Shown here piece after piece: positions 62,967 through 64,000 of a stretch of 64,000 nucleotides of DNA. Position 1 is the stretch's first letter. Each line of letters opens with the position of its first letter. A model generated the notes under the pieces. That model saw nothing but the letters and a program-made list of their open reading frames with translations. It searched no databases and had not been told where the DNA came from. The translations under genes were made by a program, and so were the position numbers. This DNA comes from Chrysomallon squamiferum (lineage: Eukaryota > Animalia > Mollusca): assembly GCA_012295275.1 (NCBI GenBank), contig CM022665.1, positions 48,608,001 through 48,672,000 on the forward strand, read 5' to 3'.

Positions 62967-63949
62967 CTATTTCTTCTTTGTACTCTGTGGCTTCAGGCTG
63001 CTGCTGTTTGTTCTCACAAATGAGGGGGCTGATCTGGTGGAGGTTAGAGATTTTCTATATTTCATTGATGTAATTGAAGTCTTGGGAGTCTGAAAAGAAA
63101 ACTTCAGAACATTAATTTCATAAGATATATATTTTATGTGAATAATTTTAAAAGATGGTGTTGCCATATTCTGAAGAGGCCTTATGAGCAGGAATAAATC
63201 GGGAATAACTGATTTAATTTATTCCTGAATCCAGCCTAACATGCAAATACTTTCCCTCTCTCTGCAAGAGGTGATTATATGATATTCAGATGGCACAAAT
63301 AAAAAATTTAAATACATTTATGTTTAGGTAAGTGTGTTATTTGTTATTAACAACCAATTCATGCTAATGATAAAGTAATAAAATAAAATAATAAAATATA
63401 ACATCAGATAAACAAAAACAATAAAAGTCAAGCCCAACAGTATGTGATAACATGACAACTCTAGCAATGGTTAGCACTGAGTTTTGTTCATATTTCTAAG
63501 TGTGAAATAGTAAGATAAAATCAGAATTCCTAGCCTGCACATTAATTTTTGTGTAATTTTTTTATTAGCAAAAACAGGTTAGTGATTACCAAATAAAATA
63601 AAGCTTTGGGAAGTATTTAAAATATATTCAGGCATATTTAGCAAATTATTTAAAAAAAATAACAGAATGAAGCAAGACAACTTAAAACAGTGATCTAATT
63701 GTGAGCACTCTAAATAAAGTTTTAGTATTATTTTTTTATGTTTTTTTATTTTCAAAATTTTAAATGTTTTTTTAAGATTTTTTACCTAAGGAGACTAAAG
63801 TCATGGTTTACAGAGGAACAAATTATTGTAACTGAGGAATACATTTCTGTCAAACTTACTGGTAACTTAGAAGCAGATGGCGGATGTCGAGTATCACTGG
63901 GTTTAATGGTTGTTTTCTGAGTTCCACTGCTTTCAGGTACAACATCCAG
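62967..63949 (-). CDS. Last two coding exons of an unidentified gene extending beyond the window
   Basis: Exon 63949-63860 (tgcag|CTG...CCA|gtaagt, 90 nt) joins exon 63089-62967 (ttttcag|ACT...TAG) in phase 0: LDVVPESSGTQKTTIKPSDTRHPPSASKLPTPKTSITSMKYRKSLTSTRSAPSFVRTNSSSLKPQSTKKK*. Basic, S/T-rich, no domain recognised. Confidence 0.6.
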
Positions 63950-64000
63950 CTGCAACATCAAACAGGTAATTAATGAACATTTATTTAACATCACATTACT

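Overview
AT-rich, intron-dense animal genomic DNA with GT-AG introns, microsatellites and many minisatellites. It looks invertebrate and mollusc/lophotrochozoan-like, but the taxon cannot be fixed from sequence alone. I could assemble five spliced genes by hand: CTP synthase (+, 4549-16345), Mps1/TTK kinase (-, 19346-35145), IFT88 (+, 36912-53038), ribosomal protein eL42/RPL36A (-, 54514-56628) and small acidic protein SMAP/C11orf58 (+, 56718-58301). The 3' end of an unidentified gene (-, 62967-63949) also falls in the window. Main observations: (1) at least 13 exon-intron junctions have seeded tandem arrays that copy the splice site plus exon edge into the intron, making arrays of decoy splice sites and pseudo-exons; (2) a three-exon cassette in the Mps1 middle region is tandemly duplicated; (3) IFT88 has a U12-type intron and a candidate 9/12-nt microexon; (4) there are two head-to-head promoters, one with only 89 nt between start codons. 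Four coding disruptions in conserved genes are most simply explained as assembly consensus errors. No prokaryotic systems, CRISPR arrays or structural RNA genes are supported.
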